Assembly (NCBI GenBank): GCA_951406725.2
Contig: OX597814.1
Coordinates: forward strand, 163,556,001 to 163,620,000
From: Octopus vulgaris
Lineage: Eukaryota
Reading direction: 5' to 3'
DNA length: 64,000 nt
The position numbers and the translations under genes are program-made. This document shows positions 63,538 through 64,000 of the stretch, piece after piece (the first letter of the stretch is position 1; every line of letters begins with the position of its first letter). The notes under the pieces are model-generated. The model did no database searches and had not been told where the DNA came from. It saw only the letters and a program-made list of their open reading frames with translations.

Positions 63538-64000
63538 TACACGGCTAATAATACACACACAGAAATGTACATACATACACATCATTATCATCATCATCAC
63601 CACCAAAACACAGAAATGTACATACATACACATCATTATCATCATCATCACCACCAAAACCACCTATGTTCACTTCTGTATGCTGTCATGGGTTGAACAG
63701 GTCTCAACATCTCATCATCTGGTACACAGCAAAATACAAAACTGCCATCTTCTATATGTATGATTTTTACAGCAGGATGTTCTTTCCTCCACCAACCACA
63801 TTACAGCATAAACTTCGAGCATAAAAATATTTTATTATGCCACTGTATTAAAAATGTTGCCCCCCAACAAGACTGAAGCAAACTCTGTCCTTTATCTCCT
63901 CTATTCCTTGTTTTTTTTTATAGTTGGATACCCTTCTTACTGTCTCTCATTTTATGACATGAACTGGTTATATTCTATTGTATCACTAGCACTAAAGACA

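Noticed and set aside
63556-63660. 51-bp tandem duplication
   Set aside because: Simple local duplication of low-complexity sequence at a retroposon tail.

Overview
AT-rich, repeat-dense eukaryotic genomic DNA, most likely from an octopus or other coleoid cephalopod (inferred from the repeat families; not provable here). The + strand carries 17 GT-AG coding exons (2946-46061) that splice in frame into about 877 aa of CCDC146, a motile-cilium/sperm coiled-coil protein whose 5' exons lie upstream of the window. Further on are the first two coding exons (53043-53157, 58321-58408) of a theta-class glutathione S-transferase that the ORF track misses. An antisense tRNA-Gln(TTG) gene with an attached fold-back sits in a CCDC146 intron, and an RFX X-box/CCAAT cluster lies between the two genes. 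Mobile elements include a 5'-truncated CR1-type LINE whose ORF2 is one nonsense codon from intact, RTE LINEs and many RTE 3' tails, R4/Dong-type ends inside (TAA)n, a collapsed Gypsy LTR element with TSD, mariners (one interrupted by a hAT), MITEs, at least four tRNA-derived SINE families and two composite Helitrons (two 5' ends, one 3' end), one carrying a 165-166 bp tandem array. Most short ORFs in the track are microsatellite or TE artefacts. No prokaryotic-type system (CRISPR etc.) is present.
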